A stretch of 64,000 nt of DNA from Azonexaceae bacterium. Its GTDB lineage: Bacteria > Pseudomonadota > Gammaproteobacteria > Burkholderiales > Rhodocyclaceae. Position numbers and translations under genes: made by a program. The notes beneath the pieces are model-generated. The model was not told the DNA's origin. It saw only the letters and a program-made list of their open reading frames with translations, and searched no databases. Shown here piece by piece: positions 9,853 to 19,585 of the stretch. Where the stretch lies: assembly GCA_013335535.1 (NCBI GenBank), contig JAAXVL010000010.1:78992-142991 (forward strand), written 5' to 3'. Position 1 is the first letter of the stretch. Every line of letters starts with the position of its first letter.

Positions 9853-9959
9853 TGCCTTCCTTTCGAGTAAAAGTTAGCCCGCTTGACTCCGAAGCGATCC
9901 TTGAAACACCGGGCAAAAGAGTTCTTGGCGATGAGAGACTCGAAGCCAGCCTCGGTAAA
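9849..9959 (-). pseudogene. AraC-family HTH regulator, C-terminal remnant (36 codons)
   Basis: Own translation: FTEAGFESLIAKNSFARCFKDRFGVKRANFYSKGRQ*, matching the second HTH of AraC/XylS proteins. Its stop overlaps the SDR start (ATGA) and an in-frame stop lies directly upstream. Confidence 0.5.
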
Positions 9960-9994
9960 TTAACGACACTAAAAAATCGAGAAACATCGGTGAC

Positions 9995-12079
9995 TCAGAA
10001 ACTGTAGCGGGCGCTGACGCCAGCCAGCCAGGTGCGCCCCGGCGCCGCTTCGTAGTAGCGGTTGTTGCCGTCGCCGACGATGACCGAGCCGACGTACTGG
10101 CGATCGAAAATATTGTCGAAGCGCAGGAAGGTGCGCAGGTTCACATCGCCGACTTTGCGGTCGAGCCCGAAGCGCAGGTTGGCGATGGCGTAGCCCGGCG
10201 CCGCCTGCCTGGTGTTGGTATCCTCGACGTACACCTTGCTCCGGGCAATGCCTTCAACGGCGGCATGGAAGCCGCTGGCCGGATGTTTCCAGGCCAGTTC
10301 GCCGAACAGGCTCTGGGCGGGAACGCCGGGCAGTCGGCTGTCAGCATTGACCAGACCGGACGAGGAGGTGAAGGCTTCGTCGTAGCGAGCGTCGAGCAGC
10401 GTGTAGGCGAGGCGGGTCGACAGGTTGTTGGCCCAGCGGCTGTCGAGCCCGGCTTCGATACCACGACGCAGGGTCTGCCCGGCATTGCGGTAGGTCGTCC
10501 GGCCGCCGGAGGCCGAATCGACGACCAGTTCGTCCTCGGTCTCGATCTGGAAGACCGCCAGATCAAGGCGGCTGTCGTTGCCGATAAAGGCTTTCAAGCC
10601 GGTTTCGTAGTGCGTGCTGGTGGACGGCTTGAGGTTATAGCTGAAGGTGCCGCCGACGCCGGAATAGAACAGTTCGTTGAAGGTCGGCGCCTCGAAGCCG
10701 CGCGCCGCGCTGGCGTAGATGTTCACCGTTGGCGTCAGGCGGAACATCGCGGCGATGGTCGGCGTGGTCTTCTCGTAGCTGACGCTGCCACCATCGTTGC
10801 CGTTGCTCAGGTAGGCATCCTTGACGCTGAACGAGACATTGCTGTGCCGAACGCCACCGCTGAAGGTCCAGCGCTCCCCCTGCCATTCGGCCTGGGCGTA
10901 CTGGTCGAAGCTGGACACGCGATCCTCTTCGGCCCGGCGCTGGACGCCCTTGACACCGAGCGTGGCGCCGATGAAATTCTCGTAACCGCGCCGATTGTCG
11001 ATCGACTGATCATAATCGACACCGACCGTCGTCGTCAGCTTGCCGCCGGCCAGCTGAAAGCGGCCGATCCAGCGCGTCGAGGCGCCGGCGAAGTCGCGGT
11101 CGAAATCGATGATGCCGCCGGAGTGCTTCACGTTGCCTTGCGGGCCGGGTGGAATCGACTGGTACTGAATGGTCGAGCGCTGCCCGGCGTAAGCCGAGGC
11201 CAGCACGGAATGATCGCCAAAACGGTGCTCGTAGGTCAGCCCGCCCTGCATGTGGTCGATGCTCTTGCGCGTGTTGTAGTCGAGCGCCAGCTGAGCAACG
11301 CTGCGCGGATCAGCCTGGTAGCCAGCCCAGGTCTGGCCCTGCGGGTCTTCGGCCGTCTGCTTGAAACTATTGGCGATGAAGGTCAGCTTGCCGTCCTCGC
11401 TCGGGCGGTAGGTCAGCTTGACCATGGTCTGATCACGTTCGGCCTTGCTGTGCTGGCGATAGCCGTCGGTCGTGAAATGCGAGGCGTCGATGACGTAGCC
11501 GAGGCCGCCGACTTCGCCCTGGGCGCTGACGTCTTCTTTCCACGTATTGTTGCTGCCGGCGACCAGGCCGCCTTCGACGCTCGGTGCACCCTTGCCGTCC
11601 GGCGTGAACATCTGGATGACACCACCGGCATGGTTGCCATAAACCACGGCCATAGGACCGCGCAGAACTTCGATGCGTTCGGCACGATCAAGGTTGAAGG
11701 TCGCCGCCTGCCCCTGGCCGTCGGGCATCGAGGCCGGAATGCCGTCGGAAATGAGGCGAATGCCGCGCACGCCAAAGGCGGATCGGGCACCGAAGCCGCG
11801 CGACGAAATCTGCAGGTCCTGCGCGTAATTCTGGCGGTTCTGCACGGTGATGCCGGGCACCGCGATGAGCGCTTCGGAGGCATTGACCCGCGCCTGATCG
11901 GCGCCGATGCGTGCAGCATCGACCACATCGACGGCCGCCGGCAGGTCGAAGGTGTTGTGCTCGACCCGGCTGCCGCTGACGACGACCGAATCGAGCGTCA
12001 GCGCCGTTTCGGCAGCGATGCCGAGGCAGGGAAAGGTGGCGGCGAGGATGACGGCAAGGCGTTTCGGGTGATGTCTCAT
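9995..12079 (-). CDS. TonB-dependent outer-membrane receptor
   Basis: Start moved to ATG 12079 (MRHHPKRLAVILAATFPCLGIAAETA). TonB-box/plug region (LDSVVVSGSR, IEVLRGP) and a C-terminal ...RYSF. The longer ORF-track N-terminus only reads through two repeat copies. Confidence 0.85.
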   Translation of the reverse strand: MRHHPKRLAVILAATFPCLGIAAETALTLDSVVVSGSRVEHNTFDLPAAVDVVDAARIGADQARVNASEALIAVPGITVQNRQNYAQDLQISSRGFGARSAFGVRGIRLISDGIPASMPDGQGQAATFNLDRAERIEVLRGPMAVVYGNHAGGVIQMFTPDGKGAPSVEGGLVAGSNNTWKEDVSAQGEVGGLGYVIDASHFTTDGYRQHSKAERDQTMVKLTYRPSEDGKLTFIANSFKQTAEDPQGQTWAGYQADPRSVAQLALDYNTRKSIDHMQGGLTYEHRFGDHSVLASAYAGQRSTIQYQSIPPGPQGNVKHSGGIIDFDRDFAGASTRWIGRFQLAGGKLTTTVGVDYDQSIDNRRGYENFIGATLGVKGVQRRAEEDRVSSFDQYAQAEWQGERWTFSGGVRHSNVSFSVKDAYLSNGNDGGSVSYEKTTPTIAAMFRLTPTVNIYASAARGFEAPTFNELFYSGVGGTFSYNLKPSTSTHYETGLKAFIGNDSRLDLAVFQIETEDELVVDSASGGRTTYRNAGQTLRRGIEAGLDSRWANNLSTRLAYTLLDARYDEAFTSSSGLVNADSRLPGVPAQSLFGELAWKHPASGFHAAVEGIARSKVYVEDTNTRQAAPGYAIANLRFGLDRKVGDVNLRTFLRFDNIFDRQYVGSVIVGDGNNRYYEAAPGRTWLAGVSARYSF

Positions 12080-12107
12080 GATTTTTGTCTTATTCAGGTT
12101 GATGCGT

Positions 12108-12148
12108 GATTTCGTTTTTGGCCAAATTTTCCGGTCGACCGTGGAAGG
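12108..12148 (+). repeat. dispersed 40-bp repeat, copy 3
   Basis: gatttcgtttttggccaaattttccggtcgaccgtggaagg. Confidence 0.8.
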
Positions 12149-12212
12149 CGACCTCGATCCGATTATCGGCAAAGCGCGCGCGACCGACGACGAGGCAATC
12201 GCCAAATGAGCC

Positions 12213-12227
12213 TCATGAAAATCATGA
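12213..12227. promoter_or_regulatory. Fur-box-like palindrome TCATGAAAATCATGA upstream of the receptor gene
   Basis: About 10/12 match to the TGATAATCATTA Fur-box core, read by eye. Located between the two tandem repeat copies. Confidence 0.3.
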
Positions 12228-12235
12228 GACAGCGG

Positions 12236-12276
12236 GATTTCGTTTTTGGCCTTTTTTTTCCGGTTGACCGTGGCAA
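12236..12276 (+). repeat. dispersed 40-bp repeat, copy 4
   Basis: gatttcgtttttggccttttttttccggttgaccgtggcaa; same orientation as copy 3, 128 bp away. Confidence 0.85.
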
Positions 12277-12372
12277 TCGACTGCGCCGACACACCACCGA
12301 TTGCCACGCTCACCACTTCCCGCTAACGTGCGCCCTGAACATTTTTTCAACCTCGCACCAAAGGCTCCCAAT

Positions 12373-12780
12373 ATGCAGAAACGCTTCATCGCCAGCGCCG
12401 TCCTCCTCCTCGCCCTCTCCGCTCAGGCCACGGCCGCAGAGCCGAAGGAAGAAATGACCGCCTCGGGCATCGCCATCACGATGCTCAAGGAAGGCAGCGG
12501 CGCCAGCCCGAAGGCCAGCGACACGGTCAAGGTGCACTACCGCGGCACGCTGACCAACGGCCAGGAATTCGACAGTTCGTACAAGCGCAACGAGCCGGCC
12601 GCCTTCCCGCTCAACCGCGTCATTCCGTGCTGGACCGAAGGCGTGCAGAAGATCAAGGTCGGCGGCAAGGCCAAGCTCGTCTGCCCGTCCAACCTGGCCT
12701 ACGGCAGCCGCGGCGTGCCGGGCATCCCGCCCAATTCGACGCTGATTTTCGAAGTCGAATTGCTCGACATCGCCAAGTAA
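12373..12780 (+). CDS. FKBP-type peptidyl-prolyl cis-trans isomerase (periplasmic)
   Basis: Start moved to ATG 12373 (MQKRFIASAVLLLALSAQA signal peptide). VKVHYRGTLTNGQEFDSSY and LIFEVELLDI motifs. Confidence 0.85.
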   Translation: MQKRFIASAVLLLALSAQATAAEPKEEMTASGIAITMLKEGSGASPKASDTVKVHYRGTLTNGQEFDSSYKRNEPAAFPLNRVIPCWTEGVQKIKVGGKAKLVCPSNLAYGSRGVPGIPPNSTLIFEVELLDIAK

Positions 12781-12783
12781 AGA

Positions 12784-12810
12784 AAAAGCCGGCTCCCGCC
12801 GGCTTTTTTA
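12784..12810. terminator. bidirectional hairpin terminator between convergent genes
   Basis: AAAAAGCCGGC-TCCC-GCCGGCTTTTTT; overlaps the stop codon of the DsbA-like gene. Confidence 0.6.
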
Positions 12811-13446
12811 CACCAGCGTCCGGCGGATTGCCGCCGCCAAAATGGCCGGATCTTCTGCTCCAACCACGATCTCCCGGCCATCGACGATGAAGGTCGGCAC
12901 CATCGAAATGCCCATCGCCCGGTAACGTCGCTCCACCGCCCGCACCTCGTCGCTGTCCTGGCCAGAAGTCAGATAGGACTCGACTTCGTCGCCCGGATAG
13001 CCGCATTCGACAGCAGCCCGAACCAGCAACGCCGTATCGCCGACATGCTCGCCGCGCTGGAACTGGGCGACAAACAGCCGCTCGACCAACCGGGCGGCAT
13101 CGCCGCGTTGCTGCGCCCAGTGGATCAGCCTGTGCGCCTGCTGGGTATTAGCGCGATACTCGATTTTCTCGAAAGCGTAGTCGATACCCCAGGCCCGGCC
13201 GGCGGCACGCACGCGCTCGAACAAGGCGGCGACCGGGGCCGGTCCCCCAAATTTCTTTTCCAGAAACGGCAGATACGGCTCGCCTTCGGGCGGCGTGTCG
13301 GGATTCAGGAAAAACGGGCGCCAGCGCTTCTCGCAGGAAAAGTCGGGCATCTCCCGACGAACTTCGGCAATGGCTGCATCAAGCCGGCGCAGGCCGATGT
13401 AGCACCACGGGCAAACGAGGTCGGAAACGATTTCAATGGAGGTCAT
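12808..13446 (-). CDS. DsbA-family oxidoreductase (FrnE / 2-hydroxychromene-2-carboxylate isomerase-like)
   Basis: Start at ATG 13446 ([18 protein letters not shown]). The CPWC thioredoxin-fold motif lies at the N-terminus. Confidence 0.8.
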   Translation of the reverse strand: MTSIEIVSDLVCPWCYIGLRRLDAAIAEVRREMPDFSCEKRWRPFFLNPDTPPEGEPYLPFLEKKFGGPAPVAALFERVRAAGRAWGIDYAFEKIEYRANTQQAHRLIHWAQQRGDAARLVERLFVAQFQRGEHVGDTALLVRAAVECGYPGDEVESYLTSGQDSDEVRAVERRYRAMGISMVPTFIVDGREIVVGAEDPAILAAAIRRTLV

Positions 13447-13561
13447 GACGCAAATAATAGCGGCCTTTTCGAGCAAAGACAGTTTGCCCGGAGATACACA
13501 CCTTCGTCGTATGGCGAATGCATGGTCAGAAGCCTATACTGGTTTGAGCAAAGGGTCATCG

Positions 13562-16500
13562 ATGACCAGCGGAGGATTTGTGGTTTCGTCATTACTCACC
13601 GTCAGTTGCATACGGCAGGCTTTCCGTAATGCCCTGCTCTGCATGCTGCTTGCGTCCTGCCCAGCCATTGCCCAGTACCTGCCCGAACCCGAGCCATACC
13701 CGGCCAGATCGATCACGGTCGTTCTCGGCGACGCCTCGCCGCCCTTCATCTTTCGCGACGCCAGCGGCCAGTTGCGCGGGGAATTGAAGGATTTATGGAC
13801 GCTGTGGGAAGAGCGCAACGGCATCAGGGTCAATCTGCTCTCTTCAGAACCTTCGCTGGCCTGGGAACGGATCAACTACGGCAAGGCCGATGTGATCGAC
13901 ATGATCACGGCCAGCCAGGAGCGCAAGACGACAGTTGTTTTCTCGCTGCCCTACCTGACGGTCAATGCCATGCTGTATTTCCACGAGAGCATCTCGGGGA
14001 TCGTCGATGCCGCGACGGCCAGAGGATTCCTGGTCGGCGTCGACGAGGGCGACGCCTGCGCGGACAAACTTCTGGCGGAAGGCGTCGTCAACCTCAAGAA
14101 ATACGCCAATCACGAAACGATGGTCAAAGCCGCGGTCAACGGCGACATTCACGTATTTTGTGGCCACGAGCCGCAAGTCAATTACTTCCTGGCCCGCGCC
14201 GGGAAAGCCCGGGAATTCCGGCACTCTCCGCCTTTGTATCAAGCCAGCATGCACTGGGCCGTGCGCAAGGGCGACGATGCGACGAGAGCGCTGGTGGCCG
14301 AAGGTTTTGCCAAAATCACGCCTGACGAGCGCCAGCAAATCACCCGGAAATGGACTGGTGCCTATATCCAGTCACCCGACACGCCACCCCGTCTCGATTT
14401 CGCCGGTTACATCCTGCTCGCCCTGACCGCGCTAGGCCTGTTGCTCCTCGGCTGGACCCGGATGCTCCAGCGGGAAGTGGCCTCCCGCACGGCCGACCTA
14501 AATCTCACCCTCGACTCCCTGCAAGCCGCACAGCAGGCCAGCGAAGCGGCGAACCAGCAACTGGCTGCCACCCTCGAAGCCATTCCCGACCTGCTGCTTG
14601 AAATTAGCGCGGATGGCCTGGTGCTCGACGCGCGCACCAGCCGGAAAACCCCGCTCGCTCCCTCGGCCCGCCAGCTGATCGGCCAGAACTATCACGCCTT
14701 CCTTCCGCTGGCAGCGGCGGCGACCGTTGACGAATCAATTGCTGCCGCGTCGCGCCATGGCAACGACTACGGTCGGACCTTTTCGCTGACCGACAGCGAA
14801 GGGGAACACTGGCTGGACTTCTCGGTAGCCCGAAAAAGAGCCCCGGGAACGGAGCAAGCGACATTCATCGTCATTTCACGCGACGTCACCGAGCACGTCA
14901 GATCGGAGCAGACAAGTCGTGCCGCCAGCCGCGCCCTGCGCCTTGTCTCCGACTGCAACATTGCGCTCTTCCGCGCCGAGGATGAAAAGTGGCTGCTCGG
15001 CGAAGTTTGCCGCCTGCTCTGCGAATCGGGCGACTACCGCATGGCCTGGGTCGGCTACGCCCGCAACGACGCCGAAAAATCGGTCACGCCGGTTGCCCAC
15101 TGGGGCTTCAATGACGGCTATCTCGACCACATCCGTATCTCCTGGAGCGATCTTTCCGAGTTCGGCCGAGGCCCGACCGGAACCGCCATTCGAACAGCCA
15201 CCTGCCAGGTCAACCAGGACTTCCACAACAACCCGAACATGGCACCGTGGCGGGCAACGGCGCTGGCCCGCGGCTACCAGTCGAGCATTGCCTTGCCGCT
15301 GCATGGCAAGGACCGCGTTCTGGGCGCCCTGACGATCTACTCTGCGGCCCCCGATGCCTTTGCCAGCGACGAAGTGGAACTGCTCGAAGAACTGGCCAAC
15401 AATCTGGCCTTCGGCATCATCACCATCGAAGAACGCCAGCGCCGCCAGAAAGCCGAGTCGGCGACGCAAGCCAAGAGCGAATTTCTGGCCAACATGAGCC
15501 ACGAAATCCGTACGCCGATGAACGCGATCATCGGCCTGGCCTATCTGCTGCGCAAAAAAACGACCAATGAGGAGCAGATCGACAAGCTCGAGAAAATCAG
15601 TCGTTCGGGCGAACACCTGCTGGCCATCATCAACGACATTCTCGACTTTTCCAAAATCGAGGCCGGCCAACTGATGCTCGAAAAACGTGACGTCGATTTG
15701 CGCAGCCTGGCCAGCAACATCGTGTCGATGCTGGCCGAACCGGCCCGGCTGAAGGGAATCCAGCTCAAAGTCGAACTCGACCAACTGCCCCGCAACGTGT
15801 GCGGCGATATCACGCGCCTGACCCAGGCCTTTCTCAATCTGGCCAACAATGCCGTCAAATTCACCACCCACGGCTCGGTCACGCTGCGCACGCTCAAGCT
15901 GGCCGAAACCGCCGACGCGGTCCACGTCCGCTTCGAGGTCATCGACACCGGCATCGGCATCCCGCCCGACACCATGGCGCGGCTTTTTGCCCCTTTTCAA
16001 CAGGCCGACAGTTCGACCACCCGAAAATTTGGCGGAACCGGGCTCGGCCTGGCCATCACCCGTCGCCTGGCTGAACTGATGGGCGGCGAAGCGGGCGCCG
16101 AGAGCACACCCGGCCGGGGCAGCACCTTCTGGTTTTCCGCCGTGCTCGAAAAGGCCGATGTCGCGGGCAAGACCTCAGCCACCAGCCAGCCGGGTGAATC
16201 GCCCAGCCACGTACTGGCCCGTGACTTTTCGGGAACCCGGCTGTTGCTGGTCGAGGACGACAGGATCAATCAGGAAGTCGGCCGCGAGCTGCTCGAAGAA
16301 GTCGGGATGGTCATCGATATCGCCGAAGACGGCGTCGAGGCCGTAGCCCGGATTCGCGACGCCCACCCCTGCCCCTACGCGCTGATCCTGATGGACATGC
16401 AGATGCCGCGCATGGATGGGGTGGAAGCGACGCGGCATATTCGCGCCCTGCCCGGCCGGCCCAGCGTGCCCATCATCGCCATGACGGCGAATGCTTTCAG

Positions 16501-16618
16501 CGAAGACCAGAATCGCTGCGTCAGTGCCGGCATGAACGACTATGTGACCAAGCCAGTCGATCCCGACGTGCTCTACGCCACCCTGCTCAAGTGGCTACGG
16601 CAGAAAAAAACGGACTGA
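13562..16618 (+). CDS. hybrid sensor histidine kinase (periplasmic family-3 SBP domain, TM, PAS, GAF, HisKA, HATPase_c, REC)
   Basis: H-box [13 protein letters not shown]; N/G boxes ([23 protein letters not shown]); receiver region DMQMPRMDG...TANA. The start is uncertain (13436, 13511 or 13562); 13562 gives a plausible signal/TM start. Confidence 0.85.
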   Translation: MTSGGFVVSSLLTVSCIRQAFRNALLCMLLASCPAIAQYLPEPEPYPARSITVVLGDASPPFIFRDASGQLRGELKDLWTLWEERNGIRVNLLSSEPSLAWERINYGKADVIDMITASQERKTTVVFSLPYLTVNAMLYFHESISGIVDAATARGFLVGVDEGDACADKLLAEGVVNLKKYANHETMVKAAVNGDIHVFCGHEPQVNYFLARAGKAREFRHSPPLYQASMHWAVRKGDDATRALVAEGFAKITPDERQQITRKWTGAYIQSPDTPPRLDFAGYILLALTALGLLLLGWTRMLQREVASRTADLNLTLDSLQAAQQASEAANQQLAATLEAIPDLLLEISADGLVLDARTSRKTPLAPSARQLIGQNYHAFLPLAAAATVDESIAAASRHGNDYGRTFSLTDSEGEHWLDFSVARKRAPGTEQATFIVISRDVTEHVRSEQTSRAASRALRLVSDCNIALFRAEDEKWLLGEVCRLLCESGDYRMAWVGYARNDAEKSVTPVAHWGFNDGYLDHIRISWSDLSEFGRGPTGTAIRTATCQVNQDFHNNPNMAPWRATALARGYQSSIALPLHGKDRVLGALTIYSAAPDAFASDEVELLEELANNLAFGIITIEERQRRQKAESATQAKSEFLANMSHEIRTPMNAIIGLAYLLRKKTTNEEQIDKLEKISRSGEHLLAIINDILDFSKIEAGQLMLEKRDVDLRSLASNIVSMLAEPARLKGIQLKVELDQLPRNVCGDITRLTQAFLNLANNAVKFTTHGSVTLRTLKLAETADAVHVRFEVIDTGIGIPPDTMARLFAPFQQADSSTTRKFGGTGLGLAITRRLAELMGGEAGAESTPGRGSTFWFSAVLEKADVAGKTSATSQPGESPSHVLARDFSGTRLLLVEDDRINQEVGRELLEEVGMVIDIAEDGVEAVARIRDAHPCPYALILMDMQMPRMDGVEATRHIRALPGRPSVPIIAMTANAFSEDQNRCVSAGMNDYVTKPVDPDVLYATLLKWLRQKKTD

Positions 16619-16623
16619 CCGCA

Positions 16624-17532
16624 TCAGACCTGCGCGCACTCGGCCATCCAGCCCAGCGCCTTGACGCAGGCGCGGGCCATGGCCGGTGACAGGGCATCGT
16701 GGCCGGCGCTGGCCACCGGCACCCAGGCCGCTTCCGGCCAGGCCCGATGCAGGGTTTCGGCCGCAATCGGCGGGCAAACCGGGTCGGCCATGCCTTGAAC
16801 GATGACGGCCGGCAGATGGTGGATGCGGGCAATACCGGCCAGTAGCTGGCCGGGCACGAGAAAGCAGTCGCGCGTCAGGTAATGCATCTGGATGCGCGCC
16901 CGGGCCAGTTGCATCGCATCGAGCGTGCCGTCGAGCGGTGCCTTGCCGACCAGTTGGCGCTGATAGTTGAGCCAGAGCCGCGCCGTCTGCTGCGCCGTTT
17001 CCGGCTCATCGCCGAGGATGCGCCGGGCAAACGCCGTCAGCGGATGCGCCTGCTCGGCTGGCGGCAGCAAGCCGCCCAGACCACGCGCGTAGGCGACGAT
17101 TTCGTCGTGCGAGCCGAGAAAGATGCCGTGCATGATCAGGCCATACACGCTTTCGGGATAAATCTGGGCATAGGCCAGCGCCAAAAGGCTGCCCCACGAA
17201 CCGCCGAAAACGATCCAGCCGGGTATGCCGAGCGCCTCGCGCACGTAGTCGAGATCGGCCACCAGATCGAGCGTCGTGTTCGCCCCCAGCTCGCCACTGG
17301 GCAGGCTGCGCCCGGCGCCGCGCTGGTCGATCAGGACAACGCGAAAAATGGCGGGGTCGAACAGCCGGCGATGTTCGGTCAGGCAGCCACCACCCGGCCC
17401 GCCGTGCAGGAACAACACAGGAATCCCGTCAACCGGGCCGCATTCCTCGACGTGCAGGATATGCCCGTCGCCGACGGCCATCTGCCGGACGCAGCGCGGC
17501 CGGCACTCGGGAAAGAGATGATCGTCTGACAT
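16624..17532 (-). CDS. pip: proline iminopeptidase (alpha/beta hydrolase)
   Basis: LFLHGGPGGG, DQRGAGRS and GGSWGS nucleophile motifs. The start overlaps the response-regulator stop. Confidence 0.85.
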   Translation of the reverse strand: MSDDHLFPECRPRCVRQMAVGDGHILHVEECGPVDGIPVLFLHGGPGGGCLTEHRRLFDPAIFRVVLIDQRGAGRSLPSGELGANTTLDLVADLDYVREALGIPGWIVFGGSWGSLLALAYAQIYPESVYGLIMHGIFLGSHDEIVAYARGLGGLLPPAEQAHPLTAFARRILGDEPETAQQTARLWLNYQRQLVGKAPLDGTLDAMQLARARIQMHYLTRDCFLVPGQLLAGIARIHHLPAVIVQGMADPVCPPIAAETLHRAWPEAAWVPVASAGHDALSPAMARACVKALGWMAECAQV

Positions 17533-18179
17533 CAGGCCTCGATCAGTCCGTTGCGGACGGCGACCAGCGTCAGCTCGGCGGCGTTCTGCACGTTGAGCTT
17601 CTGCTTGATGTGATACAGATGGGTGCCGACCGTGCTCGGGCTCAGGCAGAAATCCTCGGCCACGTCATTGACTGAGCGGCCTTCGGCCAGCTTCATGAAG
17701 ACAGCCAGTTCCTTCTCGGTCAGCGTGTCGACCGGGCTGCTCGAGCCGGAAAGCTGGGCCAGCGCGACAGCCTGTGCCAGTTCCGGGTCGAGGTAACGAC
17801 GGTCACTGGCCACCTGGCCGACAGCGCGCAGAAATTCCTCCGGCGATGCCCGCTTGCACAGGTAACCACGGGCACCGAGGCGCAGGGCGCGCACCGGCAC
17901 GACGTCGTCGTTGTGTGCCGAAAGCATGAGCACCTTCGCCTTCGCCTCCCAGGCGATGAGCCGTTCGAGCGCGGCGAGACCGCCAATGCCGGGCATCGAG
18001 ACGTCCATCACGACGACATCCGGGTTGGTTTCGGCGTAGAGGCGGACAGCGCTTTCGCCGTTTTCGGCTTCGCCGACCACCGTCGCGCCAGCTCCTTCGA
18101 GCAGGCAACGGAAGCCAAGGCGAACCATCGCGTGGTCGTCGGCGAGCAGGACGCGCTTGCCGTGCAGTGCGTTGTTCAT
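17532..18179 (-). CDS. NarL/LuxR-family response regulator (REC plus HTH)
   Basis: VLLADDH...DVVVMDVSMPG receiver region and a C-terminal LTEKELAVFMKLAEGRSVNDVAEDFCLSPSTVGTHLYHIKQKL. Resembles ExaE/PedR2-type regulators found next to PQQ-ADH genes. Confidence 0.9.
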   Translation of the reverse strand: MNNALHGKRVLLADDHAMVRLGFRCLLEGAGATVVGEAENGESAVRLYAETNPDVVVMDVSMPGIGGLAALERLIAWEAKAKVLMLSAHNDDVVPVRALRLGARGYLCKRASPEEFLRAVGQVASDRRYLDPELAQAVALAQLSGSSSPVDTLTEKELAVFMKLAEGRSVNDVAEDFCLSPSTVGTHLYHIKQKLNVQNAAELTLVAVRNGLIEA

Positions 18180-19585
18180 GCGAATTCCTCCGGTGAAGGT
18201 TGAAGCGCTGCATCCGGCAGGCGGGCAAAAATGCGGAAGCCGCCGCCGGCCGGTTGTTCGAATTGAAGATCGCCACCCAGCGCGGCAATGCGCTCGGCCA
18301 TGCCCGCCAGGCCAAGGCCGCAGCCGGGTTGCGTCGAAGGCTGGCCGGAACGGCCGCGACCGTTGTCGGACAGCGTCAGCTGCAGGCAGCCAGCCACACG
18401 GCTGATGGCCAGATCGACCTGCGAAGCGTGGGCGTGGCGCACGACATTGGTCAGGCCTTCCTGAACGATACGGACGACGGCCATGGCCAGATCGTCGGCG
18501 ACGGGCTGGGGGCCGATGGCGAGCTGGCTGTTGACGGTGATGTCCGGGTGCTGCACCTGCCAGCCGGCGAGCTGGCGCTCGAGCCTCACGGACAGACTGT
18601 TGCCGGCCACCGGGCGCAGGCGATGCAGTATATTGCGCACGCCGTCCTGCATTTCGCCGGTGACAGCGACGATGCCCTGAGCCGGAATGTGCAGCGATGG
18701 CGCGTCGCCGGTACGCTGGACGATGGCGCCGGCCAGCGCGCGGACAGCGGTGATGCCCTGAGCCAGTTCATCGTGCAGTTCGCGGGCGATGACCCGGCGC
18801 TCCTCTTCGAGGCGATCATGCATCTGGCGGTCGACTTCGCGGGCGCTTTCGAGGCGGACGTTGTCGTCCACCGCCTCGCCCAGCCGGTCGGCCATGCCGT
18901 TGAAGGCGCGCGAAATGCGGCCGAGTTCGGGCGTCGCGAAGACCGGCAGACGGGTGTCGAAACGGCCGCGCGCCGTGCGGTCAAGCGCGCGCATGATCTG
19001 GGCAAGCGGGCGCAGGGCGCGCCCCAGCGCCGTGCGCGTCGCCACGAACAGCAGGCAAAGCAGGGCCAGCGCCCAACCCGCCATGGCCGCCAGATCGTCC
19101 CAGGCGTCGAGAATGGCGCGCGAATCATCAGGATGCAAAGTCAATGTATAGCCCTCGACAGCCAGCGTGCGCGCCGGCAATTCAGTAGCGAGCAGCCCGG
19201 CAAACCAGCCCGGCACGGTGCGCCCGGCCTTGTAGCTCGGACCGGGCGAGCGGTAGATGGATGCACCGGCCGCCGAGCGGATTTCCAGCTCGTTGGCGCG
19301 GACCCGGCCGATGGCGCGCACCACGCCGAGCAGGCGCTCGCCGCGCACAATCGGCGGCACGTCCTGGATCTCACCGATGACGGCCTTGAGCCATTGCTCG
19401 GAGACCCGCGTCGCCGCCTCGACCTCCTCGTGAATGGCATTGCGCGTGGCGTGCAGCCAGAAGCCGGCCATGACGACGAGCAGGCTGGCGGCTAGGGCGG
19501 TGAGGACGAGGCCGACACGGGTGTGGAGGCTCAAGCGCCGGCTTCCACGGTCAACCGGAAAAAATGGCCGAAATTTGAATTTCAT
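18176..19585 (-). CDS. NarX-type sensor histidine kinase (TM, HAMP, HisKA_3, HATPase_c)
   Basis: H-box ARELHDELAQ plus C-terminal ATPase motifs (DNGRG, GCGLGLAGM). ATG 19585 overlaps the receptor stop as ATGA, like every other junction in this operon, and then includes repeat copy 5 in frame. The alternative is TTG 19534. Confidence 0.8.
   Translation of the reverse strand: MKFKFRPFFPVDRGSRRLSLHTRVGLVLTALAASLLVVMAGFWLHATRNAIHEEVEAATRVSEQWLKAVIGEIQDVPPIVRGERLLGVVRAIGRVRANELEIRSAAGASIYRSPGPSYKAGRTVPGWFAGLLATELPARTLAVEGYTLTLHPDDSRAILDAWDDLAAMAGWALALLCLLFVATRTALGRALRPLAQIMRALDRTARGRFDTRLPVFATPELGRISRAFNGMADRLGEAVDDNVRLESAREVDRQMHDRLEEERRVIARELHDELAQGITAVRALAGAIVQRTGDAPSLHIPAQGIVAVTGEMQDGVRNILHRLRPVAGNSLSVRLERQLAGWQVQHPDITVNSQLAIGPQPVADDLAMAVVRIVQEGLTNVVRHAHASQVDLAISRVAGCLQLTLSDNGRGRSGQPSTQPGCGLGLAGMAERIAALGGDLQFEQPAGGGFRIFARLPDAALQPSPEEFA
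19543..19583 (-). repeat. dispersed 40-bp repeat, copy 5
   Basis: ttccacggtcaaccggaaaaaatggccgaaatttgaatttc; lies between the receptor stop and the first TM helix of the kinase. Confidence 0.85.

Noticed and set aside
10265-12109. Long antisense ORFs opposite strong genes (10265-12109 +, 14876-16000 -, 25145-26545 -, 29493-31040 +, 50164-51438 -, 56954-57913 -, 62345-63817 +, and many shorter ones)
   Set aside because: Same GC-rich antisense artefact. No motifs, Arg/Ala/Gly-rich, and each fully overlaps a gene with recognisable domains.
12080-12316. 79-codon N-terminal extension of the TonB-dependent receptor ORF (ORF track 9995-12316)
   Set aside because: The extension reads through two repeat copies (VNRKKKAKNE...). 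A good signal peptide begins at the internal ATG 12079.
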